The notes beneath the pieces were generated by a model. That model did not search any database. It was not told where the DNA came from and was given only the letters and a program-made list of their open reading frames with translations. The position numbers and the translations under genes were made by a program. Of a stretch of DNA of 45,595 bases, positions 10,399 to 19,448 are shown piece by piece. The stretch spans positions 1-45,595 of the forward strand of contig JAYEGQ010000209.1 of assembly GCA_034659095.1 (NCBI GenBank), in the 5' to 3' direction. Each line of letters starts with the position of its first letter. Position 1 is the first letter of the stretch. Source of the stretch: Thermotogota bacterium (lineage in GTDB: Bacteria; Thermotogota; Thermotogae; MWEM01).

Positions 10399-11190
10399 AT
10401 GATTGAAAAGATAACGGATCCGGAGTTTGACTGGTTTGTCACTGAAGTTAAAAAAAAGCTTGACTTGGACTTAAGCGGGTATAAACCACATAGGGTTAAA
10501 AGAAGAACAGATATTTTACTTAGAAAAAATCGTACTGAAACTTACAGGGACTATGTGAAGTTGATATTATCTGATGAGGATAAAAAAGAAGAGTTCCTGG
10601 ATAAATTGACGATAAACGTAACGGAATTTTTCAGAAATCCTGAAAAGTGGAAGGCTTTGGAAAAAAAGTATTTTCCTTTAAAATTAAAAGAAACCGGACC
10701 CAGGTTGAAGATATGGAGTGCCGGTTGTTCCAGTGGAGAAGAACCCTATACATGGGCGATTATCCTTGAGCAATTAAAAGCTTCTCAGGCAAAAATCACA
10801 GCAACAGATATTGATACCAGTGTTTTGGTTAGAGCCAAAGCCGGAGTTTATGAAAAACGCGCACTTGAAAGCACTGACCCGGCTGTAGTAGATAAGTATT
10901 TTAAAAAAATCGACAAAGAAAGCTACGAAGTAAAACCCGTCTTAAAAACAAGGGTTATGTTTAAAAAACATAACATGCTTCAAGACCCCTTTGAAAAAGA
11001 TTTGGATTTTATATCATGCAGGAACGTTGTTATCTATTTTGAGATGGAAACAAAAAACGTCTTGTATCAAAATTTTGTGAATGCGCTTAAACCCGGTGGA
11101 ATTCTCTTTGTTGGTAGTACAGAAAGGATATTCAATTATAGAAACCTTGGGTTAAAAGTCATAGAGCCATTTTTCTATCAAAAGATATAG
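10399..11190 (+). CDS. cheR: chemotaxis protein-glutamate methyltransferase CheR
   Basis: LTINVTEFFRN, IWSAGCSSGEEPYT, ATDID, ISCRNVVIYF, LKPGGILFVG; GGAGG RBS before ATG 10399. Confidence 0.93.
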   Translation: MIEKITDPEFDWFVTEVKKKLDLDLSGYKPHRVKRRTDILLRKNRTETYRDYVKLILSDEDKKEEFLDKLTINVTEFFRNPEKWKALEKKYFPLKLKETGPRLKIWSAGCSSGEEPYTWAIILEQLKASQAKITATDIDTSVLVRAKAGVYEKRALESTDPAVVDKYFKKIDKESYEVKPVLKTRVMFKKHNMLQDPFEKDLDFISCRNVVIYFEMETKNVLYQNFVNALKPGGILFVGSTERIFNYRNLGLKVIEPFFYQKI

Positions 11191-11203
11191 GCGGGAGAAT
11201 GAT

Positions 11204-12112
11204 ATGGGATTTTTTGATAAACTGAAAAGAGGTCTTAAGAAAACCAACGAAGCAACATTTGGGAAAATTAAAAAGATTTTAAGCTTTGGAAAACTGGATG
11301 AAGACACCTTGGAAGAGATTGAAGAAATTTTAATCATGGGTGACTTGGGTGTTGAATGTTCCGAGAAGATCATTGAAAGTCTTCAGGAGAGAAATAATGA
11401 GTTTGACTCTCCGGAACAAGCTCTCCAAGCTATCATGGTTGAAATGCTTGACGGAGAAATAGAATTGAATTACCCGCCAGAAGGACCATTTGTCATCAGT
11501 GTAGTGGGAGTCAATGGAGCGGGGAAAACGACTACTATAGGGAAAATCGCCAAAATCTTAAAGAACGATGGCAAAGAAGTGGTATTGGCAGCCGCGGACA
11601 CGTTCAGAGCGGCAGCCATTGACCAACTTCGGGTTTGGGCTCAGGAGAGGGCTGAAGTGACGCTTATCTCACATCAGCATGGTGCAGATGCTGGAGCAGT
11701 TGCTTTTGATGCTGTTCAGCATGCCAAATCTAAAAACAAAGATTGTGTAATCATCGATACAGCGGGTCGTTTACATACAAAAACCAATTTGATGAACGAG
11801 TTAGCGAAGGTTCATAAAGTGGTTAAAAAGGTTATACCCGAAGCGCCACATGAAATTCTTCTGGTCATCGATGCAACGACGGGACAAAATGGGTTGATGC
11901 AAGCTGAGAAATTCGCCGAGGCAGTGGGTGTAACCGGAATAGTCATCACAAAACTGGATGGAACAGCCAAAGGTGGTATTGCTCTATCCATCAAAGAGAG
12001 ATTCGGTATTCCCATTAAATTCATTGGTGTGGGAGAAGGGGTCGATGACTTAAAACCCTTTGATCCAAATGACTTTGTCAACGCATTGTTACAGGAAGCT
12101 GAGGATGAATAA
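11204..12112 (+). CDS. ftsY: signal recognition particle receptor FtsY
   Basis: GVNGAGKTTTIGK, DTFRAAAIDQL, DTAGR, TKLDGTAKGG. Confidence 0.97.
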   Translation: MGFFDKLKRGLKKTNEATFGKIKKILSFGKLDEDTLEEIEEILIMGDLGVECSEKIIESLQERNNEFDSPEQALQAIMVEMLDGEIELNYPPEGPFVISVVGVNGAGKTTTIGKIAKILKNDGKEVVLAAADTFRAAAIDQLRVWAQERAEVTLISHQHGADAGAVAFDAVQHAKSKNKDCVIIDTAGRLHTKTNLMNELAKVHKVVKKVIPEAPHEILLVIDATTGQNGLMQAEKFAEAVGVTGIVITKLDGTAKGGIALSIKERFGIPIKFIGVGEGVDDLKPFDPNDFVNALLQEAEDE

Positions 12113-12786
12113 TGGCTAAAAAAAAGTTCTGGTATAAAAAGATGGATTGTCCTTTATGTGAAGCAGAATTTGAATCGGTAAGGGTTTTTTCCAACGCCGT
12201 ATCCGTTAAAAAAAGGGATATATTCTTGCGGCCCACTTATCAAGATGTGGATCCGGATAGGTATTCCCTTGTGACGTGTCCTGAATGTTATTTTACCGCA
12301 TTTGAAAGTGATTTTGATAAGATACTAAACACGATGTCTTTTGACCGCTTAGACATGTTGAGAAACAGTCTGGTAAGGGCAAAACAAAATCTAACTTTGA
12401 ACTTGGAAGAAGATCGAACCCTTGATGATTCCCATAATATTCGAATTCTTGGAATATTAACGTATATACAAGCTGATATGCCCTTTAAAACAGCTCAGTT
12501 GTTTTTAAAAATGGGTTGGTATTACATGGATAAAAACGATTTGGAAAACGCAGCCATCAGTTATTCCAAGGCTCTTAAACAATTTGAAAGGGCGTATGCT
12601 GAAGATAAAAAAGGACAGCATAGTGACGGAATTATGTTTTACTTGTCATCGCTTAATATTCAACTTAACCACATCAAGGAAGGCTTTAAGTGGCTTGAAA
12701 GACTTCTAAAAGAATACAGAGGATCAAATTCTCACTATATTAAAGCTGCCCAGGAACTATGGGAGGAGGTAAGAGGATCCGAATAA
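12112..12786 (+). CDS. DUF2225 family protein (Zn ribbon + TPR-like helices)
   Basis: CPLC and CPECYF pairs followed by TPR-like helices; translationally coupled to ftsY. Confidence 0.8.
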   Translation: MAKKKFWYKKMDCPLCEAEFESVRVFSNAVSVKKRDIFLRPTYQDVDPDRYSLVTCPECYFTAFESDFDKILNTMSFDRLDMLRNSLVRAKQNLTLNLEEDRTLDDSHNIRILGILTYIQADMPFKTAQLFLKMGWYYMDKNDLENAAISYSKALKQFERAYAEDKKGQHSDGIMFYLSSLNIQLNHIKEGFKWLERLLKEYRGSNSHYIKAAQELWEEVRGSE

Positions 12787-12806
12787 CGATTGGCACAGCA
12801 AAGCGG

Positions 12807-14183
12807 ATGATTTTCATCCTTCTGGTTTTTATCGTTGTTTTCTTAACATCATGTTATGACAATACCAATGTATTCAGTGAAGAAGATATTTTATACACTT
12901 CTTTGAGTAATCTTGTGGAACAACTCCAATTACAGGTTGAAGAGTTTGTATGGCAGCAAAATCAAAACAAACTGGATATTGAAAAAAATAGCAGAGCTAT
13001 TCAAGCACTTTCAGAGGCATTAGAAAAAAATACACTGTTTGTTGATTCCCTTTATGCCAGTATGACTTATGCCTCTATATTCAATCATGACCTTGACTTA
13101 ACACAACAACAAAAAATACCTACCATGGAAGAGATTAAGAGGCTTGTTGAGGAGCAAAGCAGGAAAAAACTTGAAGCCTTTGAAAACACTTATATTCCCA
13201 CACTGACTTCCGACTCAACAGGAGAAGAAACGGAAAAATTACAAAAAGAGATTGCCTTATTAAGGGAGAATTTTAAAAGCTTGAAATGGCAACTCTATAA
13301 AAACGATCCCGAACCTTTTAGCAAAGATGACTATCTCGTTTACGATGATAAAGTCGTGTATCAAGTTCAATCCGGAGATACGTTAAGCCAAATAGCCAAC
13401 GCCTTTGGATTAGGACCCAACGGTGCTAATGAAATCATGGCATTGAACAATATCAACGATCCCAGGGCAATAAGAAGGGGACAAGAATTGATTATCCAGA
13501 GTCCTCCGGTATTTGAGCGCATTCAAATCCCCCTTTACGGACGAAAAAACCTGATACCCTCAGATATCCTTACATTTTATGCAGAAAATACTCAGGATGG
13601 TTTCTCACGGGGGTTAACATTTGTAGCACCTGATAATCAGGAAATTGTATCATGTTTACCCGGTAGAGTCATTGACAAGGGCATTTCTTATGTGGTGATC
13701 TATCATGGTAACGATATTAAACTTGTTTATTCCGATCTTCAAGATATCTTGATTGACAAAGGTGATTGGGTAACCGGTGGTCAAATAATCGGGACATCAC
13801 ATAACAACTCTTTCACGCTTGAATTTATTCTTAATGCCGAATACAGAGATCCTATGAAGCTTTTTTTAAAACAAATGGGGCAATTTAGAATAACGTTTTA
13901 TACTGAATGGGAAGATGGTAACTTACCGTATTTTCCATATTTTAGACGTGTCAAAGATGGTAGTTTTGCAAAAGAATGGTATTCCGTTGCAGCCGATCCA
14001 GCTTTGTTTGAAAAGGGAACGATGATTTACATCCCTGAGCTTAAGGGTACGCCTTCAAAAGGCCTGTTTATTGTTGAAGATGAAGGCAGTGCCATTAAAG
14101 GCAATGCCATAGACGTCTACATCAGGGATCTGACCCTTGCTTCGTTGCTTCAAACTTATTCGGTCGTATATCGATTTCCATAA
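12807..14183 (+). CDS. lipoprotein with coiled coil, LysM, degenerate M23 and C-terminal 3D domain
   Basis: lipobox FLTSC; YQVQSGDTLSQIA (LysM); VAADP...VEDEGSAIKGNAIDVY (3D domain); start uncertain. Confidence 0.8.
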   Translation: MIFILLVFIVVFLTSCYDNTNVFSEEDILYTSLSNLVEQLQLQVEEFVWQQNQNKLDIEKNSRAIQALSEALEKNTLFVDSLYASMTYASIFNHDLDLTQQQKIPTMEEIKRLVEEQSRKKLEAFENTYIPTLTSDSTGEETEKLQKEIALLRENFKSLKWQLYKNDPEPFSKDDYLVYDDKVVYQVQSGDTLSQIANAFGLGPNGANEIMALNNINDPRAIRRGQELIIQSPPVFERIQIPLYGRKNLIPSDILTFYAENTQDGFSRGLTFVAPDNQEIVSCLPGRVIDKGISYVVIYHGNDIKLVYSDLQDILIDKGDWVTGGQIIGTSHNNSFTLEFILNAEYRDPMKLFLKQMGQFRITFYTEWEDGNLPYFPYFRRVKDGSFAKEWYSVAADPALFEKGTMIYIPELKGTPSKGLFIVEDEGSAIKGNAIDVYIRDLTLASLLQTYSVVYRFP

Positions 14184-14212
14184 AAAAACGACCCTAAAAG
14201 GGCCGTTTTTTT
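14182..14212. terminator. bidirectional intrinsic terminator between convergent genes
   Basis: AAAAAAACGACCCT-aaa-AGGGCCGTTTTTTT, with A and T tracts on the two sides. Confidence 0.8.
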
Positions 14213-14226
14213 ATGAATATGATGAA

Positions 14227-14496
14227 TTATCTTCTTATCCCAAGTTTTACAAGCATTTCTTTGTAAACTTCTGGTCTTTTTTCCCTAAGGTACTTTAATA
14301 ATCTTCTTCTTCTACCAACCAACTTCATCAGACCTCTTCTGGTATGGAAATCCTTTTTGTGTCTTTTTAAATGCTCAGTCAACTGTCTGATTCTTGCGGT
14401 AAGCATTGCCACCTGAACTTCAACCGATCCGGTGTCGTGTTCGTTGATCTTAAATTCATCAATAATCATTTGCTTCTTGTCATAATCCAGAGCCAT
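14227..14496 (-). CDS. rpsO: 30S ribosomal protein S15
   Basis: [39 protein letters not shown]; GGAGGTG RBS before ATG 14496. Confidence 0.97.
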   Translation of the reverse strand: MALDYDKKQMIIDEFKINEHDTGSVEVQVAMLTARIRQLTEHLKRHKKDFHTRRGLMKLVGRRRRLLKYLREKRPEVYKEMLVKLGIRR

Positions 14497-14504
14497 TATT
14501 ACAC

Positions 14505-14570
14505 CTCCAAAATTCGCCCCAAACAAAGTACAAGGAGGCTCAGCCCATGTCTTTGTACGGGGTAATATAC
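14505..14570 (-). promoter_or_regulatory. structured 5' leader of rpsO (putative S15 autoregulatory RNA)
   Basis: CCCC...GGGG closing stem, GUACAA/UUGUAC stem and GGC-UGA-GCC hairpin between the promoter and the RBS. Confidence 0.55.
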
Positions 14571-14576
14571 TGACTG

Positions 14577-14605
14577 ATTCTAACATAAAACGTTTTGTTA
14601 GTCAA
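14577..14605 (-). promoter_or_regulatory. sigma70-type promoter of rpsO
   Basis: TTGACT-17 bp-TAGAAT with TG extension on the minus strand. Confidence 0.7.
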
Positions 14606-14621
14606 TGTATCTTGAAATTGC

Positions 14622-15077
14622 CTAATAAATCATCTTTCCATCCAAATAAAGGCTGTTCTTTGTAATCCCAATCTTTTCCCCGTGATCGGTTATGATTTGC
14701 AAGATGAGATCAGCCGGAAGAGAGCTGTTTATCCAAATCTCCCTTAAGTCGATTTCTTTCTTTTCTGTTTCAGGTATCTTTTCAAAGGCCTTTTGAACTG
14801 CCAGGATATAACGTTCAATATTTTCTATGGTCCACTCGCTTTCGATTGTGGCTTTAGATATGAATTCCACTTCAGGTTTCTTTATTTCCTCGTTGTTCTG
14901 AGTGTGATTTTTTTCATTTCTTTTGAAGGGAGTAGGCTTTTTTGGAGGTCGCTTTGGTCCCTTTGAAGGCCTTCTTTTCCCTTGCTTCTGGTAATTGTTT
15001 TTCCTAACGCGGGAGTTTTCGGGTTTTTTAGGATTAGTTGTTTGCTTTTTCGAGTCTTCTTTATTTTTTGAATTCAA
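14622..15077 (-). CDS. hypothetical protein with basic disordered N-terminus and small helical C-domain
   Basis: GGAGGTG RBS before TTG 15077; TGATATAAT on minus strand at 15109-15117; K/R/P-rich first half. Confidence 0.7.
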   Translation of the reverse strand: MNSKNKEDSKKQTTNPKKPENSRVRKNNYQKQGKRRPSKGPKRPPKKPTPFKRNEKNHTQNNEEIKKPEVEFISKATIESEWTIENIERYILAVQKAFEKIPETEKKEIDLREIWINSSLPADLILQIITDHGEKIGITKNSLYLDGKMIY

Positions 15078-15155
15078 TGGACACCTCCGTGATTGTTCTT
15101 TCAATATGATTATATCAAAAAAGAGGAAAAATTAATCTAAACGTCATAAAGTGTC

Positions 15156-15184
15156 TTGAAATCAATGTACCATTCTGGTATAAT
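15156..15184 (+). promoter_or_regulatory. sigma70-type promoter of tRNA-Cys
   Basis: TTGAAA-17 bp-TATAAT with TG extension. Confidence 0.75.
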
Positions 15185-15196
15185 ACATGAGGTTTT

Positions 15197-15273
15197 GGCA
15201 ACGTTGCCAAGGGGTCTAAGGCAGAGGTCTGCAAAATCTCTATTCGTCGGTTCGAATCCGACCGTTGCCTCCA
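15197..15273 (+). tRNA. tRNA-Cys(GCA)
   Basis: acceptor stem GGCAACG/CGTTGCC; anticodon stem GAGGT/ATCTC with GCA at 15231-15233; GTCGG-TTCGAAT-CCGAC T arm; U73 and encoded CCA. Confidence 0.97.
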
Positions 15274-15282
15274 ATATCTAAT

Positions 15283-15310
15283 AATTGCCGGCTTAGTTAA
15301 GCCGGTTTTT
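15283..15310 (+). terminator. intrinsic terminator after tRNA-Cys
   Basis: GCCGGCTTA/TAAGCCGGT stem followed by a T tract. Confidence 0.8.
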
Positions 15311-15400
15311 ATTTGTTTTAAAGACGAAATAGGTGGGACGGTTTATGAAAAAAACCAAACATGATATAATAACAATGATAACAATTAAGGAGGTTTACCC

Positions 15401-16786
15401 TTGAAACAAGAATTGATTTCAAAAGAGAAGAATCTTGAAACCATCAAGTTTAAGTATGAAAACAGTGAATTTGAACCATTTATCTCACAAGAGATTCAAA
15501 AGGCAAGCAGGGAATACCAAATTCCCGGATTCAGGAAAGGAAAGGCACCGAAAGGTCTTATCAGAAAGATGATTGGAGAAGACCGTTTAAAGTCCCTCGC
15601 CTTAGAAGAACTGATTAAAAATGATATCGAAGAAACGATTAAAGACAAAGATACCCTTATGTTACCCAGTATAGAGAACCTTGAATTTACAGATGATAAA
15701 AACGCAGAGGTAACCGTACAAATTCATTTGAAACCTGAAGTAACGCTACCCGATTACAAAGATATAACCGTTGATAAATATGTTCCCAGCGAAGAAAATA
15801 TTCAAGAGATGATCAACGAGAGATTGAAACAGCTTCAAAATGAAAATGCCATTCTGGAGCCAAAAGTAGGAAAGGCAGAGATTGGCGACAATGTCAGGAT
15901 GTCCTATGTTGTCAAAAACGAAGAGGGTAGAGAACTTTTCAATCAGGAAGCTAAAGAGTATGATTTGTTGGAGGATGACCAAAGGGATATCATCCAAACA
16001 TGCATTGGCATGCAAGCCGGAGAAGAAAAAGAATACACAAGAGAATTTACAGCTGATGCTGATGGGAACAAATCAGGAAAAGAAATGAATTATATCTATA
16101 ATATTAAGGTTGAAGAGGTCTATAACAGGGTAATTCCTGAATTGTCCGATGATTTTGCCAAAGAGGTGAAAGAAGTCGAAGGAAACACCTTAGAAGAATT
16201 AAAGGCAAATATTCGCCAAGAGGCTATGGAAGCTATGGATGAAACGGTTAAGAATTCTATCAAAAACCAGATCATCAATGCTTTGGTGGAAGATTCAGAA
16301 ATTGAATTATCGGACGCAACCAAAAAGGAATTTTTAGAAAGTGCCGTTGAATCCATGAAAAAAGATAACAGCTATGATTCAGAATTGGAACGTGTGGGTT
16401 CGGAATCAGAATTAAATGATGCCATCATTGATTCAAACGTATATCAGCTGAAAAAATTATACGCAACAAGTAAAGTCTTTAAAGAATCCGGAGAAGAAAT
16501 TACGGATGAGATGTTTAAGGAGTATGTGGAAAAGATGGCACCTGCTTGGGGAATGATGGCTGAACAAGCGATGGGATTTCTAGAAAAGGATCATAACGTA
16601 CGTGCAAGAATCAGAGAAAACATGATGCAGGAAAAAGCAGCAGAATATCTTATGGATAAATGCAATATAGAAGAAAAGGAATTACCCACAAAAGAGGAAG
16701 AAAGAGAAGCGGAAGAACAAGCGGATAAAATAATTGAAGAAGTAGAAAAGACAGCCCAAAAAATCGAACAGGAAGACGAAGAATAA
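15401..16786 (+). CDS. tig: trigger factor
   Basis: IPGFRKGKAP ribosome-binding loop; PELSDDFAK; upstream of clpP-clpX; GGAGG RBS; TGATATAAT at 15362-15370. Confidence 0.93.
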   Translation: MKQELISKEKNLETIKFKYENSEFEPFISQEIQKASREYQIPGFRKGKAPKGLIRKMIGEDRLKSLALEELIKNDIEETIKDKDTLMLPSIENLEFTDDKNAEVTVQIHLKPEVTLPDYKDITVDKYVPSEENIQEMINERLKQLQNENAILEPKVGKAEIGDNVRMSYVVKNEEGRELFNQEAKEYDLLEDDQRDIIQTCIGMQAGEEKEYTREFTADADGNKSGKEMNYIYNIKVEEVYNRVIPELSDDFAKEVKEVEGNTLEELKANIRQEAMEAMDETVKNSIKNQIINALVEDSEIELSDATKKEFLESAVESMKKDNSYDSELERVGSESELNDAIIDSNVYQLKKLYATSKVFKESGEEITDEMFKEYVEKMAPAWGMMAEQAMGFLEKDHNVRARIRENMMQEKAAEYLMDKCNIEEKELPTKEEEREAEEQADKIIEEVEKTAQKIEQEDEE

Positions 16787-16801
16787 TCAAGAGGTGAAAA
16801 A

Positions 16802-17398
16802 GTGGAACCAACAAATCAAATTATACCAACAGTCATAGAGACAACGGGAAGATATGAAAGGGCTTATGATATTTATTCCAGATTGCTAAAAGACAGAATT
16901 ATATTCCTTGGAACACCTGTAAATGACAGCGTTGCAAATATCATAATTGCCCAATTACTTTTCTTAGAAGCCCAGGATCCCGATAAAGATATCAGTCTGT
17001 ATATTAACAGCCCCGGTGGATCAGTTTCTGCTGGATTAGCTATTTACGATACCATGCAGTACATCAAACCCAATGTTTCAACCATTTGTGTAGGACTTGC
17101 AGCATCTATGGGTGCGCTTTTACTCATGGCGGGTGAAGATGGTAAAAGATATTCACTGCCAAATTCAAAGATCATGCTACACCAACCCCTTGGTGGTGCT
17201 CAGGGACAAGCGACAGATGTGGAAATACAAGTACGTGAGTTAATGAACACCAAGAAACAATTGAACGAATTAATCAGTAAACATACAAAGCAAGATCTCG
17301 AGCAGATAGAAAAAGATACCGACAGGAACCATTGGATGACGCCAGCCGAAGCGCTGGATTATCATCTAATCGACAAAATTATAGAGAAGAAACAATAA
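16802..17398 (+). CDS. clpP: ATP-dependent Clp protease proteolytic subunit
   Basis: [34 protein letters not shown]. Confidence 0.97.
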   Translation: MEPTNQIIPTVIETTGRYERAYDIYSRLLKDRIIFLGTPVNDSVANIIIAQLLFLEAQDPDKDISLYINSPGGSVSAGLAIYDTMQYIKPNVSTICVGLAASMGALLLMAGEDGKRYSLPNSKIMLHQPLGGAQGQATDVEIQVRELMNTKKQLNELISKHTKQDLEQIEKDTDRNHWMTPAEALDYHLIDKIIEKKQ

Positions 17399-17419
17399 TG
17401 ACCCGAAAGGTTGTGTAGC

Positions 17420-18637
17420 ATGAAAGTAGAAAAGAGATGCTCATTTTGTGGAAGACCTGAAAGTCAGGTTCAAAGATTGTTAGCGGGGCCAAATGTTTAT
17501 ATTTGTAATGAATGTATAGAGTTATATCATGATACCCTTTCAGAAGACCAGGCCATGCATTTTAGGGATATCAAAGAAGACCTTCCCACGCCTCTCGAGT
17601 TAAAAAGAGAGTTGGATAAATACGTGATTGGACAGGAAGCAACAAAAAAAGCAGTGGCTGTTTCCGTTTACAATCATTATAAGCGGATTATGTTGGGAAA
17701 ATCCGAAGGAATAGAGCTGGAAAAATCCAACATCATGATGATTGGACCAACAGGTTGTGGGAAAACATTAATCGCAAAAACACTGGCGAAAGCATTGGAC
17801 GTACCATTTGCAATTGTTGATGCAACACCTATCACAGAAGCCGGATATGTTGGCGAAGATGTGGAGAATGTTTTACTGAAACTCATAAGAGCTGCCAATT
17901 TTGACATAGAACAAGCTGAAAAGGGAATTATCTATTTAGACGAAGTGGATAAAATAGGCAAGAAGGGACCCAACGTATCCATTACCAGGGACGTATCGGG
18001 CGAAGGTGTTCAACAGGCCCTGTTGAAAATACTGGAAGGTGTGGAAGCAAATGTTCCGCCAAAGGGTGGAAGAAAGCATCCTTACCAGGATTTCATCAAA
18101 ATAGACACTACAAATATTCTCTTCATGGCGGGAGGTGCGTTTGATGGATTGGAAGAAATCATTAGGCACAGAATTGAAAGTTCTGCCATGGGATTTGGTT
18201 CCAAAATCGAGTCCAAGAAAAACAAAAGAATTGGCGAGATTCTCTCACACGCTAATCCGGAAGATTTGATTCAATTCGGATTAATCCCTGAATTCATCGG
18301 GAGATTCCCCGTATTTACCACGTTGAATAATTTGGATGAAAAGGCCCTAATAGATATCATGTTAGAGCCAAAGAATTCAGTCGTCAAACAATATCAAAAA
18401 TTGCTTGAGATGGATAATATCATCATTGAATACGAACACGAAGCCTTAGAAGCCATTGCAAAAAAAGCGATGAACAGAGGAACTGGTGCCCGTGCTTTAA
18501 AGAGTGTTTTTGAAGAAGTGATGATAGACATCATGTTTGAAGCACCCTCTTTGGAGAACGTGGAGCGCATTGTCATCACCAAAGAAATAGTGGAAGACAA
18601 ACACCGGGCAATAGAAATCGTCAAACAATCTGCATAA
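17420..18637 (+). CDS. clpX: ATP-dependent Clp protease ATP-binding subunit ClpX
   Basis: CSFCG...ICNEC Zn finger, [36 protein letters not shown]. Confidence 0.97.
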   Translation: MKVEKRCSFCGRPESQVQRLLAGPNVYICNECIELYHDTLSEDQAMHFRDIKEDLPTPLELKRELDKYVIGQEATKKAVAVSVYNHYKRIMLGKSEGIELEKSNIMMIGPTGCGKTLIAKTLAKALDVPFAIVDATPITEAGYVGEDVENVLLKLIRAANFDIEQAEKGIIYLDEVDKIGKKGPNVSITRDVSGEGVQQALLKILEGVEANVPPKGGRKHPYQDFIKIDTTNILFMAGGAFDGLEEIIRHRIESSAMGFGSKIESKKNKRIGEILSHANPEDLIQFGLIPEFIGRFPVFTTLNNLDEKALIDIMLEPKNSVVKQYQKLLEMDNIIIEYEHEALEAIAKKAMNRGTGARALKSVFEEVMIDIMFEAPSLENVERIVITKEIVEDKHRAIEIVKQSA

Positions 18638-18653
18638 TTTTAAAACAAATGAT

Positions 18654-18680
18654 AACGGGAGGCTGATGGCCTCCCGTTTT
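18654..18680 (+). terminator. intrinsic terminator-like hairpin after clpX
   Basis: AACGGGAGGC/GCCTCCCGTT perfect 10-bp stem plus short T run. Confidence 0.75.
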
Positions 18681-18694
18681 GATTGGAGGAAAAA

Positions 18695-19246
18695 ATGAAC
18701 AGAGAACAAGCGTGGGAATTATTAAACGAATACACAAAAAAAGAAAATCTCATCAAACATGCGTTGGCTGTAGAAGCTGCAATGCGAGCATATGCAAGAA
18801 AATTCAACGAAGATGAAGAAGTCTGGGGAACAGTTGGTTTGTTACACGATTTTGACTACGAACGATTTCCCACCGCAGAAGATCACCCTTACAGAGGTGC
18901 AGAGATTTTGAGAGAAAAGGGTGTAGATGAGTCTTGGATCAAAGCCATCCTGGGACATGCCGATTATACAGGCGTTGAAAGAGATACCCTCATGGCAAAA
19001 ACCCTTTTTGCCGTAGATGAACTAACCGGCATGATAACAGCTGCCACTTTAGTCAGACCCTCAAAAAAGATAGAAGACCTTAAGGTAAAATCTGTAAAAA
19101 AGAAGCTGAAAGACAAATCCTTCGCTGCCTCAGTCAACAGAGACGACATCAAAAAAGGTGCAGAAGAACTTGGAGTAGATCTTTCCGAACACATCCAATT
19201 CGTCATCGACGCCATGAAATCAGTATCAGATGATTTGGGGCTTTGA
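18695..19246 (+). CDS. HD/HDIG domain metal-dependent phosphohydrolase
   Basis: KHALAVEA, GLLHDFDYE, DELTG, KDKSFAASVNR; GGAGG RBS before ATG 18695. Confidence 0.9.
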   Translation: MNREQAWELLNEYTKKENLIKHALAVEAAMRAYARKFNEDEEVWGTVGLLHDFDYERFPTAEDHPYRGAEILREKGVDESWIKAILGHADYTGVERDTLMAKTLFAVDELTGMITAATLVRPSKKIEDLKVKSVKKKLKDKSFAASVNRDDIKKGAEELGVDLSEHIQFVIDAMKSVSDDLGL

Positions 19247-19448
19247 ACTTCAAAACGATTAAGAAGTAAAATTAAACGAATCTAACTCACAGGTTTGTTT
19301 TAATTGTAAAAAATCAAAAAAAACACCCCTGAGCCAAACGTTATTACTTATTTTTATGTACTTTTTAACATATGATCCACAATTTGAAACAACCATTCAT
19401 TAAGATAACTCTGAAAGAGTCCCGGATTTAAAATCCCCATCTAAATAA

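Noticed and set aside
15197-15273. tRNA-Cys as an integration site
   Set aside because: It is followed directly by a terminator and tig; no integrase or duplicated 3' end was seen
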